The position numbers were made by a program, and so were the translations under genes. Under the pieces are notes generated by a model that was not told the origin of the DNA, ran no database searches, and saw only the letters and a program-made list of their open reading frames with translations. A DNA stretch of 63,923 nucleotides, counting the filler, from Basidiobolus ranarum (Eukaryota): the NCBI GenBank assembly GCA_040143965.1. It is 4 parts of 4 records of this genome, joined end to end, with 100 filler letters (N's around TTAATTAATTAA, not from the genome) between each part and the next. Parts side by side here need not be neighbours in the genome. Positions count along the whole stretch, not along the records: positions 48,298 to 63,923 come from JASJQH010007246.1; 3 more parts are not named here. One strand, 5' to 3'. Every line of letters starts with the position of its first letter. Positions within the stretch are counted from its first letter, which is position 1. Shown here in pieces: positions 49,372 to 62,145 of this stretch.

Positions 49372-50322
49372 ATGTTAGCTCAACCACAGATTTACCGGTC
49401 AGCGCTGGACCATCATCAGTTTCAATATCCTCAAATCCCCAGAAAGCAACCACCCTCATTACCCAAGCGTACTCATCCCTCTACTTCAGTACTTTACTAT
49501 GATTTATCCAATCAACTTCGTCGCCATCTTATAGGTAAGAACAACCACTTTCATTTTTATTCCCTGGTTTCCTTGGCTAAATCCCAATCTTCGCTCACGT
49601 CAGATATCACCACCGCCATTGTTAATACCTTGTATAAATGCGATACCAACTTGGACCCAACCAGCACACCTTTAAGAGAATTCATCTCGGAATTGATACG
49701 ACACTCTAAGGTACCTACTAATAATATCCTTTGTGCTTTGCTCTATTTAGTTCGTATGAAACGTAGACATCCAGAATGTCAAGGAACTTTTGGTGCAGGT
49801 TATCGACTCTTTCTAGCGGCATTAATCATATCTAACAAATACCTTTACGATAATCCATACCAAAATCAAAGTTGGGTAAAGATTAGCGGTAACCGCTTTA
49901 CCTTACAAGAGATCAACCTAATGGAGTTCGAATTACTTTACTTTTTAAATTTTCATCTTAACGTTACGAAAGAACAATGGACCAATTTCGTAGAATTAAT
50001 TGATATTAAAGTAACGGAGAATTGGTCGAAATTGGAATATAATGTCCCTAGGAAATTCCTTTATTCAAAAGCTATATCCGGTATTGATGATGCTTTGGGG
50101 AAATCTAGTCGTTTACCTTTCTTAATGAAAATGAATCAATTTCGTGAGGAATCGGCTCCTACTTTAAATCATCTTCATCCTTCTTATCCCTACACAGCTT
50201 TCATGCAATCTCCCGAGTCACCTGGAGTACCTTCACCCGTTGACAGTCAACATAGCATGGAAAGTGCGAATAGTATATACAGCAATGATAGTGGCCCTAA
50301 AACACCCGATCATTATCACTAA
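49372..50322 (+). CDS. Pcl/Pho80-family cyclin, single exon
   Basis: PLREFISELIRHSKVPTNNILCALLYLVRMK...YRLFLAALIISNKYLYD...N.SW...EINLMEFELLYFLNF. First ATG at 49372. Confidence 0.9.
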   Translation: MLAQPQIYRSALDHHQFQYPQIPRKQPPSLPKRTHPSTSVLYYDLSNQLRRHLIGKNNHFHFYSLVSLAKSQSSLTSDITTAIVNTLYKCDTNLDPTSTPLREFISELIRHSKVPTNNILCALLYLVRMKRRHPECQGTFGAGYRLFLAALIISNKYLYDNPYQNQSWVKISGNRFTLQEINLMEFELLYFLNFHLNVTKEQWTNFVELIDIKVTENWSKLEYNVPRKFLYSKAISGIDDALGKSSRLPFLMKMNQFREESAPTLNHLHPSYPYTAFMQSPESPGVPSPVDSQHSMESANSIYSNDSGPKTPDHYH

Positions 50323-50653
50323 TCGCATCTGTACCTTCCACTATCAACCACTGTCAAATAACGCAATGATCCGCATAACCCCAGCCCTAGCCCCCCGACT
50401 GTGTATATACCGACCACTCATCAGCCAATCATTTTATCACGTCCAACCCAGCCACCATAAATCCCACATGGTGTTTGTCAAGGTAAAGTGTAGTGAATTG
50501 CATATATATACGATATTATACTAATCTATCTTTATATTATGCCTTGCAATTCATTTCACGCTGAGGGGTAATTACCAAGAACAATAAATAACCTCAATTA
50601 AAGTCACTTTAATTCCTATTTTTATATATTGACATGATGTTTGGTACATAGAG

Positions 50654-51741
50654 TTACTGTTTAATCACAGGATTCTCCAAATCCGGGCCATTTCCAAGAG
50701 GAACTACTTGGGTAGGATTGATGTTGATATGGCTCATGTAGTAGTGTTTCTTGATGTGCTCCATGTTCACCGTTTCCTTGATGTTAGGTAATTGATAAAT
50801 TTGTCTGGCCCATCTTAAAATATGGGGATAATCTTTCTCGATACTTTTGATATTACATTTGAAATGACCATGATAAACAGGATCAAAACGAATGATGGTT
50901 GTCCATAGACGAATATCTGCCTCAGTGAATGTCTCACCTACCAAAAATTCATGCTCCGAAAGGATCTTTTCAATTTTATCCAATGATGAAAATACATTGA
51001 CACAATTCTTCTCATATGCCTCTTGAGTGGTAGCGAAACCAGATTTATATACTCCATTGTTTACCGTGTCATAAATCCATTCATTAATATCATCAATCTC
51101 TTTACGAAGTTTTTCCGGATAGTAGGAAACTCCTTTGGCATGTTCGGGTACAAATTCATCAAATGCGGAATTGAATATACGAATGATCTCGGAACTTTCG
51201 TTATTGACAATCGTCTCTAATTTTTTATCCCAAAGAACGGGTACAGTGAAGCGTCCATCATACTCTGGGTTCGCTTTGAAATAAATCTCTCTAATGTATT
51301 CGGAATTGTACAGAGTATCCGGGATACTTCCAGGTGTTTCTTCGGGTGTACTGAACTTCCATCCTTTGGATTGCATAAGATAGTCAACAATGGAGAGTCC
51401 TATGACATCCTGAAGCCCCTTAAGAGCACGAACAATTAGTGTACGATGTGCCTAAAGAGGTAAGGTGTTGATTAAAAGTGATTCAAAAGTTACAGTAGTT
51501 CGGTGAAAACATACCCATGGACAGGCGTAACTAATGTACAAGTGATAGCGACCCCTAGAGAATACGAATGAATATCGTGTCTTTGTATTCTAATTAACTT
51601 TGAAACTTACTTCTCTGGCTTGAAGTCAGAACCTTCTTCGTTGGAAATAGTGTTGCGGAAAGTAGAAGGCTTACGACGGAACTCGCCATCTTTACTGGCC
51701 CATTTGTAGATGTTTTCTCCGGGTTTATCTTGTGTGGACAT
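50654..51741 (-). CDS. ECM4: Glutathionyl-hydroquinone reductase / ECM4-type (omega/Xi-class) GST, 3 exons
   Basis: [80 protein letters not shown]. Confidence 0.93.
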
Positions 51742-52112
51742 GGTTAAAGGACGTAGAAAATTCAACGGTGTAGCTTTATTGATGTGAAGAGACAACTGAG
51801 GATTGAGATACCTTGAAAAATGAGTCAATTTAAATGTTTGTAAGTACCATTAATGCGTTGCCTTTTAAATATTTGTTACTAACCGAATGAGCGGATAAAT
51901 CACCACCTCAAAAAAAGGTTCGGATAATATTCCCTTTTTTGATCGGGGTACATACGTAATGCGATGATGAGTCACGAGCAACGTAATGTTGTGGCTTATG
52001 GATAGAATGAGTAATTGAATGGACAGAGTTTATTTTGGTATTGATTCAGAACTCCGCAAATCAGGTTAAAAATAATGGATGGTGAGTGAATGTAAGCGTC
52101 GTATTGTAGAGA

Positions 52113-55100
52113 TTAATGTAGCCTTAGCATTTCCTCAACTATTTTGCTTAGTTCTTCTACGGTTGTGTTCAGTGGAGATCCACCCTTCTTTCCGGTAACC
52201 ACTTCCTGCATATGTTCTCGTTTTAAATCGAGATAACTTTCAATCAAATCACCGTCCAAAAATCCGAATGGCCTTTGCGATTTACGTTGCTTATAATATG
52301 AACGCCATCTGGGAAGTGAAAATGGTCAATGATTTGGGATTTGTAATGAGTTGATGGTTCGTGACTTACTCGACATAATCTAAGCCTCCAATACCACGGA
52401 TAACATGGATCAAGTTTTCTTGAACTTTCGTTAGGAAATCGTAACGTTCTTGAGATATGGTCAGAATATAGCCAATTGCTCCATCTACTGTGCAGTACAT
52501 AAGTGATGGGACCTGCTCATCGCTTTCTAATGGATCAACGGCAAGAGAGCCTAATTTCATCAATTGAATTAGTTGCTGCTTCAATTCTCCTCTGATACAA
52601 TGAGAAATAGCTACAGATAGTTACCATGTCTAAAACAATTCACCACATCCCCTAAATGGAACCTCCCAACAGTATGTAATATTTCCTTCTGATCATCCCC
52701 CATATCATAGTGCTGCTTCACTATGAAAATATTACCAGCTGTTTCGGCACCAATAAATGTATCCCCATCAAGAATCTCTGCACTTGACAACCAGTTGGTG
52801 CTATAATCATTTGCAGCCACCTCAAACAATCCATCCATGGCATTATAGGTGAGCAAAGTTATTGACCGTAAAACGTCACCAACAATCAAGAAATCTCCTC
52901 GAGTGGCTATGTATAACGCCAGTATGTGAACTCGGTGACTGCATATCTGAATAAGCTCGGGTTCGCTCTCTGGACTATTACTCCAATGATAGAGATTAAC
53001 CTAGATAAATTGGTTCTCGTACTAAGTAGTTGGATAAGTAGTTAGATTCCTCAAGTTCACTGGACTTACTTGATTGTTAATCCCGGTCAACAACCGCCCG
53101 TTGAATTGATTGATGTTGTAAACTGCTCCATTTACACGTTGTGAAAGCATGAGTAGTAGCTGTCGACTATCAGGGGCCAACCTGAAGATTAGAATGCGAC
53201 CACTCTGCGGTTCACTTTCCTTCTCTATCATGTATGCTGTCCCAACAGCATAGTACATACAAGGGTCATTCTCGAATGTTAGACTACCAATACTCAAGGC
53301 CTTCTCACCTTTGTCCATCTGGAAACTAGCAATGGCTATTCCCATTGTTTGAAAAAGAAATTAGCAGCTGTGTCAATTTGAATGAAATTTATCACTGTGA
53401 ACGAACTAACCTTCAAAAGATTGATGATTAAAAATCCTTAAAAAGGAGTTTTCCTCTTGTTCACCGCTAGTAGAATCTATCACAAGTTTAACGGTGAGGA
53501 CTCCAAAGCTTTTTGTGCTAGCTTGGTGAACTATACGTCGAGGCATTTCACCTAACGGTATTGTGCGAATATGTAATTTCTGGATCTCATTAATCGTACC
53601 AATAGTCAAGTCACTATCCGCAGCCAAGACTAATGAGTTGGGGAAGGATGAGGAGTTGAACGGACACATGTATGAAATTTCCTACAGAAAATCAGTCAGA
53701 AACACGCAGAATGGAGTATGCTAAACAGGCTTGCGGATTACTTTTATATTGACGTTAGAGAAACCGAGTTTTTGATTGCGACTGTATATAATTATCGGAC
53801 GGTCGGATGAGCAGAAAATATGTGAAGCTCCATTGGATTTAAATGGAGTCAGTACAATTGGTTGGGTACCTAGAGTAAGCCTCTTTCTGTTCGTGATTTC
53901 ACCAGTGTGGGTGTCCAATAAAAAACTAAACATATGGCCATCCCCTAAAGAAAGTTCAGAATTCCGAGATATGGACAGCGCTATAAATTGAACTTAAACC
54001 AACCTAAAGCAATAAATAGATAATTGATGCCTTCGAACTCAGCCATTAGAGTGGATCTCGGAATAATTTCTAGAAACAACATCAATGAAAACTGTTGAGG
54101 GGATTGAGGTTAAAATGAAATGTACCTCCACCCAGATTTTGCTTAGAGACGATCTGAAGGTCAGGTAAGCGTAACACATTGACACTAATTTCTGTCCATA
54201 ATCCCACAACGCAAAAGTTAGATGAATGTGGAGATGCTGGGTTGATAGGGTTGATGTCTAAACAAGCGATCTCATATTCAAGCTGAGTGCGGCTATAGAA
54301 TATCTTTAGAAAATCATCATCTTCAATTCATATATTGTAAGATGGGGCTACTAACTCTATCTCTTTGATTTCCTGGTTGTGAATCTCAAAGTAAATGAGG
54401 GTACCCCCACCAAGGGCTGCAACGATTTGAGTGGGATTGATAGAGGCCACGTTGATTTTACTTCCTGAAGGAGGTGTCCACTCAGATACCAATCTTTTAG
54501 CAGAGTAGTTAATAAGTCGCATTGACGATTCAGTAATCTAGAAATTAAAAATATAAATGGATGTTCCACGTTGCTTCACATGACTCCGAACTTACTTGAA
54601 CTATGAAGTCGCCTAAAACATTTGCTGTACAAATGGTCATTTCATCTAGTTGAAATCCTCCATAATCTTCCAACTCTTGCATTTCCTCCCCTTCAAGAAC
54701 AAGAATACGAGTCTCACCAATAAACGATATTACAAGGATATCTTCGAATCTAAATTCCAGATGTTTGTCTTACCAACTGTTGGATATTATTAAAAGGTTA
54801 CGCTACCATGAACGCTTACTCAGTATCGTAAGAATTTCTTAGTGACCAAGTCCCTTTGATGCCACTCATTTCCAGCTTTGCTTGTTCCTTTACTCCAACG
54901 CCATTTCGAATAACACGCAATGATCCATCTTTAAACGCTCCAGAACAAGATATCATATTGTTCTAGTCGAAGAATTAGAAACGCTGTGGTAATTGAACGA
55001 CAATAATGTGAGCTATTACTCTTTCTCGACTATCCACATCAACTATGCAAAAGTCGGCGATAGGCGCTAAATTGGCAAAATTTTGGATCACTTCAATAAA

Positions 55101-56625
55101 ATCTCCGTTCGCATTTGGCAGACTGTTCAGCTTTATCAATTGCGAATCACCAAAATGTGAACCTATGAATGCATAACTGTTATCTAGATATACGATACAA
55201 GTCCCAACAGCGGTCTAGAATGATGGGAAATGATACAATTAGGGAATGTTCACAGCACATAGAATCGATCACACGTAGTGGATTCAAACCTCGCCGAGCC
55301 TTTCTAACTTTAATTCGGTTATAATGCCATCGTTATGAAAAAGGACCAGTATATACAGGTTTCCTAGATAATCTCCGAGGAGAAAACGTGAGCCATCAGC
55401 ATCAATTTGACCATATCTACAATTGAAAAGTCAAGGATATCACGGTATACATGTCAAGCTGTCACTTTCATACTACAATCAGGATACGTATTCATAACAG
55501 TTTGATTTATCTCCAACGAAACGGTGTGCTCGCCGTTGACGTACAATATGTTCGCTTCACCGACAACAATGACACCCCCTAAGGATTAGATCGTCGAGTA
55601 AGTATTCAGATATGTTACTTGTTAAAAATGTCCATATGAAAAGTGTACCAAATGGCCGTGGAATAGCAAACATAAGGTTAGAGCCAACGGGGACATTGGT
55701 CTGATACCATGGTCCCTCGATGATTTCTTTCTCATTCATAAGAACTTCGTATGTTCTGATATGACGTTTCTCTTTTGTATCTTGATGTAAGATAGCAATT
55801 GTGGGATGAACTGTGCCGTACAAAAATGCCATGGAAATCACTTGCAGCTCCTCCAACCTAAAGGCAATCATTATCAGTTTCAAGTCTGAAATCAGTAACC
55901 AATGGATCTAAATCGTTCAATACAAAGGGAAAGCTCACCTAATATTGAATGGCTCTCTCAGGTCACCTATTCGTGAATGTACGCCATTGGCAACATCAGA
56001 TGTGGGGAAATTTGAAGCGCGAACCTTGAGAGTCTCTTCATTCTCAATGGTGATTATCTTGAGTGCTCCTTCGTATAAGTGTAACCCGATTAGACGACAA
56101 TCATGATCCACCAATCCTATCTGGCCACATTCGCAAGGTACACCCCGAAAATCTTCGAGGTCTCCGTTAGCCTCCGTTCTAACGGTATTTTTTGTCTGGT
56201 CAAAAGAAAGCACCAAGAATTTGTAACGTTCAGTAGAAATAAAGAGTAGATCAGTTGTTCGATTCTGTTGCATTGATTAGTATCATACTGTTAGTGAATC
56301 CAACTATTTTGTAAAAGTTGAGAACAAAGCAAACATACTGGCGGTCTATATAATCCCATAGAAGCTATTCTGCCAAGGATATTGAACTCTAAATAAGGCC
56401 TGAGGCCTTCAGGTGCTAGTAGATAGATTTCAATCCTGGTGCCTTTACTATAAAAATAGGACTTTAATTAACATGTCTTATCATTTCGCCTATGTTGGCC
56501 TTTATGCTCCTACAAAAGGCTTACCTGACTATCAGATTGGTGTCAGTTGAGCTAGTAAAGTTTCCTTTAACAGCAGCCTGTACAGAAGTTGGTTTGTGTG
56601 CGGTCACTACATAGTTATAGGACAT
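52113..56625 (-). CDS. DDB1: DNA damage-binding protein 1 (CUL4 adaptor), about 18 exons
   Basis: [104 protein letters not shown]. Confidence 0.96.
55417..55487 (-). other. Probable U12-type (minor spliceosome) GT-AG intron within DDB1
   Basis: 5' splice site GTATCCTG; branch site TCCTTGAC at 55437-55430 with the branch A about 14 nt from the AG. Removal keeps the frame ([19 protein letters not shown]). Confidence 0.7.
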
Positions 56626-57292
56626 TGTATATTTATCGGTCGAAGTTAAAGGTTAAATAGATAGAAAATAAGACTTTAAGCTAGACAAAGAGAAATTAGC
56701 TCGCAGTAGAGGAGACACAAAGTATAAGTGAACCTGTATGTTACCCAACTTAAGGTTGTGGCTGTTCCTAGAAAGAACAAAGTTGATGGTCTTGGCCCAT
56801 TAGATGATTTATCACTCTATCAAAATTAGGGTTCATACAATAGGTGATCCATTCTAACTCTATGAAGCATCAGCCAGGAAATTCAGGATAATATATGCTA
56901 TGACGAATCAAGCAACAAATTTTGGAAGTAACGACATGTTTAGGAGCAAATTCAGAGGTAATTGAGATTGTAGAGATGCTAATCGTCAAAAACAGGACAA
57001 AACCAAATCTTATCCGAATGAGTTACTGAGCTATCATAGTACACGTGACCAGATAATTTAAACTAGGTTATATGCCAAATAGACTTTATATTGATTAACT
57101 TCTGAGAAAATTAAGGGCCTAAATGAGTCACCTTTCTGTTGGGTATTCGAGATCTCCCCAGATCCCCCGCTTTATTAAAAATTCCAATTGTCGGGGTGGA
57201 AGGGAAGGGGGGAGGGTTTTGAGAGAAACTTTAAGATTTAGTAAAGCCATCCACTTGCGGAGATTGTTTTACTTCGTTGGTAATTTATAAAC

Positions 57293-57809
57293 ATGGTACG
57301 AGTCGCTTCTAGAGATAGACATTTACGAGTGATCATAGAGTTTATTCGAGATTTTTATTGAACTTATGTTACTCTTATTAGGGTGCTGCTCCTCGTTCTC
57401 CTTATCCAAAACAAGTTTGGTAAGTTTCACATTCCCGTCTTTTCTAGAGCCATTCACTTAACTCTGTGCTTATACCTATAGGTCCCCAGCTGGTGGTTGG
57501 TGGTCTCGTCCCGCTAACTGGAAATCTAACACCGTAGTTGCTGGAGTTGGTTGTACTCTTTTCATCGCTTGGGTTTGGAAAATTTCCGCTGACCGTGAGG
57601 TATGTTTTTCCGAGAAGTTTTCAAAGAATCTTTACAACATATTACTAATGAGCTACTTATACTTTAATATTAGGTTCGTCATCAACATCCTTCCAGATGG
57701 ATCCCTTCTATGATGTGGGCCAAGCAATATAGAGTTAGTATATTTCAATTCAATCGGCACTTTGCACAGGCGAACTAACGAGTATTCTTAGGACCTTCGT
57801 GAGAAATAA
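57293..57809 (+). CDS. Small single-TM protein of the fungal complex I accessory subunit NUUM type, 5 exons (not in ORF track)
   Basis: Spliced product MGAAPRSPYPKQVWSPAGGWWSRPANWKSNTVVAGVGCTLFIAWVWKISADREVRHQHPSRWIPSMMWAKQYRDLREK*. All four introns are GT-AG. Confidence 0.85.
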
Positions 57810-58110
57810 AGCTTTTCACCACCCCCTTTTACTTTCATCAACCAACATCATGAATCAATTCGATTGCCGTAATAAAACATGTAACTCAATAACGTTCAGC
57901 TTTTTGACTCTTTTATTCAGTAATCATAATACTTTAAAAGGATGTTCTTATGACGACGATTTTCTACGAAAAAGTGACATTTAACAGTCAATTCTACATC
58001 GTAGAGATAAAAAAATATATTCAACCAGAGAAACCACATAAACAAGAAATACAAATGACTGTGTAGAGTGTAGAAAAAAGCGAACTGTACAAAGTAATTC
58101 TTAACATCCT

Positions 58111-59017
58111 TTACCGTCTAAATAATCTTTTTTGGTAATTTACTGAAGGAATTAGTCCTGTCTCTTTATCATATTGTCGATAAGCTTCTCTAAGATGATG
58201 TGGTCTAATCGGTCCCTTATCGCCCCACGCTTCCATGACCTCTTTGGCTAGTAAGAAAGAAAAAAGGGGTAAATCTTACGAAAATTGCACATGTCATTTA
58301 AACTTCAACTGGTACCTTTCTCTACCATCTCACCAACGAATACTTTGGCAAATCCAGCTACTACGAACGCCATGGTTGGTGATATTTGTTGATTAATAAT
58401 ATTACCAACGAGCTGGCAAGGAAATTTCGAAAATACTATTAGTCGAAAGAAAGTAACTCAATAAAAAAAATTCATACTTTTTTGACTACTGATTTGTTCA
58501 AAGCTGAACGTCTGTATACTTCATATCGTTGTAGTTGCTCTTCTGAAAAATTATCCAGCAAAGCTCTTTACAAAAAAAATGAAAAAGTGTTAAAAATATG
58601 GTGTTTTCAAGAGGAATAAATTCGCAATGAAATCTGCTTTCATCTAAGTTTGGGATCTATAGAAGAGAATAAGGTTCCGTGTAATAATATATGTACATAC
58701 TTCAGCTCCTCTTTGCTTCTTCCGTGAATCTGCATTAATTCTTTAAAATCATCGTCAGCTATGATACCCTCTTCCTCCTCTTCTTCTTCCTCCTCCTCTG
58801 GCTGTTTTGTTTCTTTGGTTGCCTCTTCTTCCTTATTTTTTTCCTCTGGTACTTCTGTACTAGGTGTTGGTGGTAGAGAAGATGTTTCGGATTTTTTGCG
58901 AGGTTTTTGAAGGGGGGTACTAGGAGTGGCTATGACTTGTTTCTTCACTGTTTTACCACTTACTGACGAGCTACTTGGGTGATTAGGTTTACGTTTCTGT
59001 GGTGTGATCGATGACAT
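58111..59017 (-). CDS. TAF11: TFIID subunit 11 (histone fold), 4 exons
   Basis: LLDNFSEEQLQRYEVYRRSALNKSVVKK...[39 protein letters not shown]. Confidence 0.93.
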
Positions 59018-59477
59018 TTTACCTACAAGGTCTCAAAGATGGATGAAAATGGAGATGATTTCCCAAGAATAAATATATTCAAGAACGAGCGATTTTGTTG
59101 AATAAATCTTTCACACATGTCTGATATACACAAACAAGACATTTAAAATCCCAATAAATGATGGCTAAATTTATTAAAGTTATTGTAAAACATTATTAGT
59201 ATCCAATACAATATAATTTAGTAGCTTGGTAATATCCATTAACATCATTTAATTCAAGCCTCAGTTCAAAATTTTTTTAGATCCGTGTAATTCTATAGAT
59301 TCAAATCAAAGGTTTAATTCTGGTCCTGACCTCAGGAAGTAACATAATGTACAGTAGAAAGACAATTTCTAGAGAGGAAAGAATAAAAAGACTATTGGAA
59401 GTTCAGGTCAGAGATTGTTGGTTGGGTATTCTAGGTAGTAATAAGCAGAGAAGTGACAACTAATTATAGTAGGCAAA

Positions 59478-60473
59478 TCATAGCAAAAGATTTGGTTCAT
59501 CCTCCCAGCCAGGTTTTCTTAGAGACTCGCGGTACGTATCAGCAATCAGGTAGGCTTCGTTCTCAGTCAATGGGGAGATTTGAACGTTACTAGTACTAGC
59601 ATTTCCGAAAGTACCTGATCTATCTGATGATGACATACCAACATCCTGACTTTCATTTGTATCAATCAAGGCTGGGGATTTTTCTCTGTTACGGCGTATA
59701 GCGAAAACAACAGCACCTCCTAGTAAAAGTGCAGCTAGTATACTTCCAATCACAATCCCTACGGCTTTTCCAGTTGAAACGGATTTACCGGGGCTAGGCA
59801 CATAAGTGGAAGGTGGGCGATTAGAAACTATTGGCATTAACGTTGCCTTTGCCGTCACCGTTACCTTAGCGGTAGTCGTGGTGATGATGGTTGCGAAAGT
59901 AGTCCTACTCTCTGGAATGTCTGAAAAACAGCAACATAAGCTTAGATTCGTTAAAAAACATAATGGTACAATCTAATACGAATACGCTACCTTCGATGGC
60001 AAAAATAGGACAATCATTTACTTCTCTAGGTCTACCATCCCAGGAAATCACAAGTTTAACCCATCTTCTAGGAACTTTTTCCACAACTGGAAAATAATCT
60101 CTAGTTAATGTTATCGTGAGAAAACCTTCATTATTGTACTGTAGCCATTCCTTTATAGGGTAAGTTGAGTTGGACAAGTCGTAGAGTCTAATATCGACCG
60201 TTTCGGTTAATGGAGGAAATTGTGTATTCCAACGTAAATACTGCACGGTGCCAAGTTTCCAAACGTCGTTGTTTTGTGGATTGCAATAAAGCTTCGGTCC
60301 GCAAGGGATATCTATGAAAAACACAGCAAGGAAATCACTATTTAACAAAAGGTGACCAGTGAATGAAGACAACGATTGAAGAACCAACCCTGTGAAAGCA
60401 AACTTCCAAGCGATATGTTTGCAAAAGATAGAAATGCTCCAAAAAAGCAAAGAAGGGCGTTATGGAACAACAT
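59478..60473 (-). CDS. Type I single-pass membrane protein (signal peptide, small beta-rich ectodomain, S/T stalk, TM, cytoplasmic tail), 3 exons
   Basis: Signal peptide MLFHNALLCFFGAFLSFANISLG; ectodomain CNPQNNDVWKLGTVQYLRWN; T-rich stalk; TM AVGIVIGSILAALLLGGAVVFAI followed by RRNR; tail LIADTYRESLRKPGW. Confidence 0.8.
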
Positions 60474-61301
60474 ATTTTGAAGTAGCGATTTTCACAGGGG
60501 AATCAGGACTATGAGCATACGCTTGAGATATACAGGAGAATATCTACTCTTCGTTGTCAAGTATCTGGGTACGGGAAAGGTTCTAAAAACACTACTAAGT
60601 GGGGGAGAAAAACGCAGAATTTGGAGCAACGTGTGTGCAAAGAGGAGAGCAAACATGTTCCCAAATCACCACCCAGCAAAATAAGTGTACATTTCTAAAA
60701 TTCACCAACTGTCGCTTCTATTTAGAACCAACCGTAAACTGAACATCGCGATAGGAGGTTTTGGGAATAATTATCATTTCGATTTACCAAAAAAACGCGG
60801 TTTAAAATAGATATGCAATGTGATTGGTAGGAAGTAAAATCCAGCTAAATTAGGGAGTTTGGGCATGAAAAGTTATCATAGTAGTTTGAGTGGATTTGAT
60901 CTAGAAACTCTCTATTCTGGCTAAGGCTTGTTTGATTTGAACTCACCACAATTCATATGTCGTAGAACCTTCCAAAGTTTTAACCAGCCTCAACATTTTC
61001 TAACTAACCTAAGATTTTGATTACCGCTCGCGTTATGTAAACGTATATTATTATCCTATATGAGAATATAGATATTTATTTTCCAAAATGTCGATGATTT
61101 CATGGTAACCGAGAGATTGATGATGGTAATGACTTCCTGGTACGAAGATTAAGGCGCTTAGATGGTGATGATATTATTCCCAATACTGAGGGGAATAGTG
61201 GATTAACTTGGCTTTTGTTACTGAGCACCATTTAATGTATGGCATAATGGAAACTTTACACAAGCTATATATAAATAACTACATATAGGCTGCTTAAATG
61301 G

Positions 61302-61350
61302 ATGGTATGTGCGAATGGTATGTGTGAATGGTATGTGCGGATGGTATGTG
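61302..61350. repeat. 13-bp tandem minisatellite, about 3.8 copies
   Basis: ATGGTATGTG(C/T)G(A/G) repeated. Confidence 0.85.
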
Positions 61351-61815
61351 TAGCATTCCTTACTCGTTCAGCATTGAAGGTGAGTTGCCGAGTGTTTGTG
61401 GTAACCCATGCATTAAGATATCTCTCGGGTAATAGATGAATTGATTTGCACATTGAGACTGGTGAAATGTTGTGGAAGAATTGACAAACATCTTACCTGC
61501 TTATACAAATATATATAGCAAAAGATGGGGTTTGTTGGTCGAACTGGAACGAATCCAAATTAATTAGTCGTAATTCAATCAATGCTGATGGCTTTTTGGG
61601 TAATGCCATATATATATAGTATGAATATTTGGCTATCCTAGTCTAGGATAAAAGCATAGTCAGTCTTGGTAGCACCCTCGAGGGATGAAGTACATGTTTG
61701 AGAAGGGAAAAGTATACTGAAGTGATTCAACGCTGCTTGCAATATCCCGTTAGCTGATAATGAATCTCAGTTTATTATAATTTTATTCATATTTCAATTC
61801 AATTAGCATTCCTGA

Positions 61816-62145
61816 TGTTGAAATAAGCATAGCCTAAACATCTATATAGTCAAATATAGCTTAGTATCTAGTTACTCCATATTGAACTAAGATGTCACCC
61901 ACTATTCTCAAGAGGAATTTACTTAGAAGTTTGAAGATATATAGATTTTGATAACTTGCGCTGGAAGCCTCAAACTTTGCACATCTGTTCCTGAGACCTT
62001 TCTTAGCACATCTTACATGTTAGTTTGCTTAAATTTTGACAAAACCATAAATGTCAACTTTCTACTCAATAAATCAACAAATGAAAACCACCATTTTCTC
62101 TAATTCTCCAAACTACTTCGAACAGGCTCCCAAAATACTTTAACA
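61816..62145 (+). mobile_element. More diverged solo copia LTR
   Basis: TGTTGAAATAAGCATAGCC...CAAAATACTTTAACA, colinear with the other copies but with more substitutions. Flanks (CCTGA/AGCAT) do not match. Confidence 0.9.

Noticed and set aside
1486-56625. Apparent genome-maintenance cluster (MCMDC2, CDC6, STUbL, NSE2, DDB1)
   Set aside because: The genes lie on three different pieces separated by artificial spacers.
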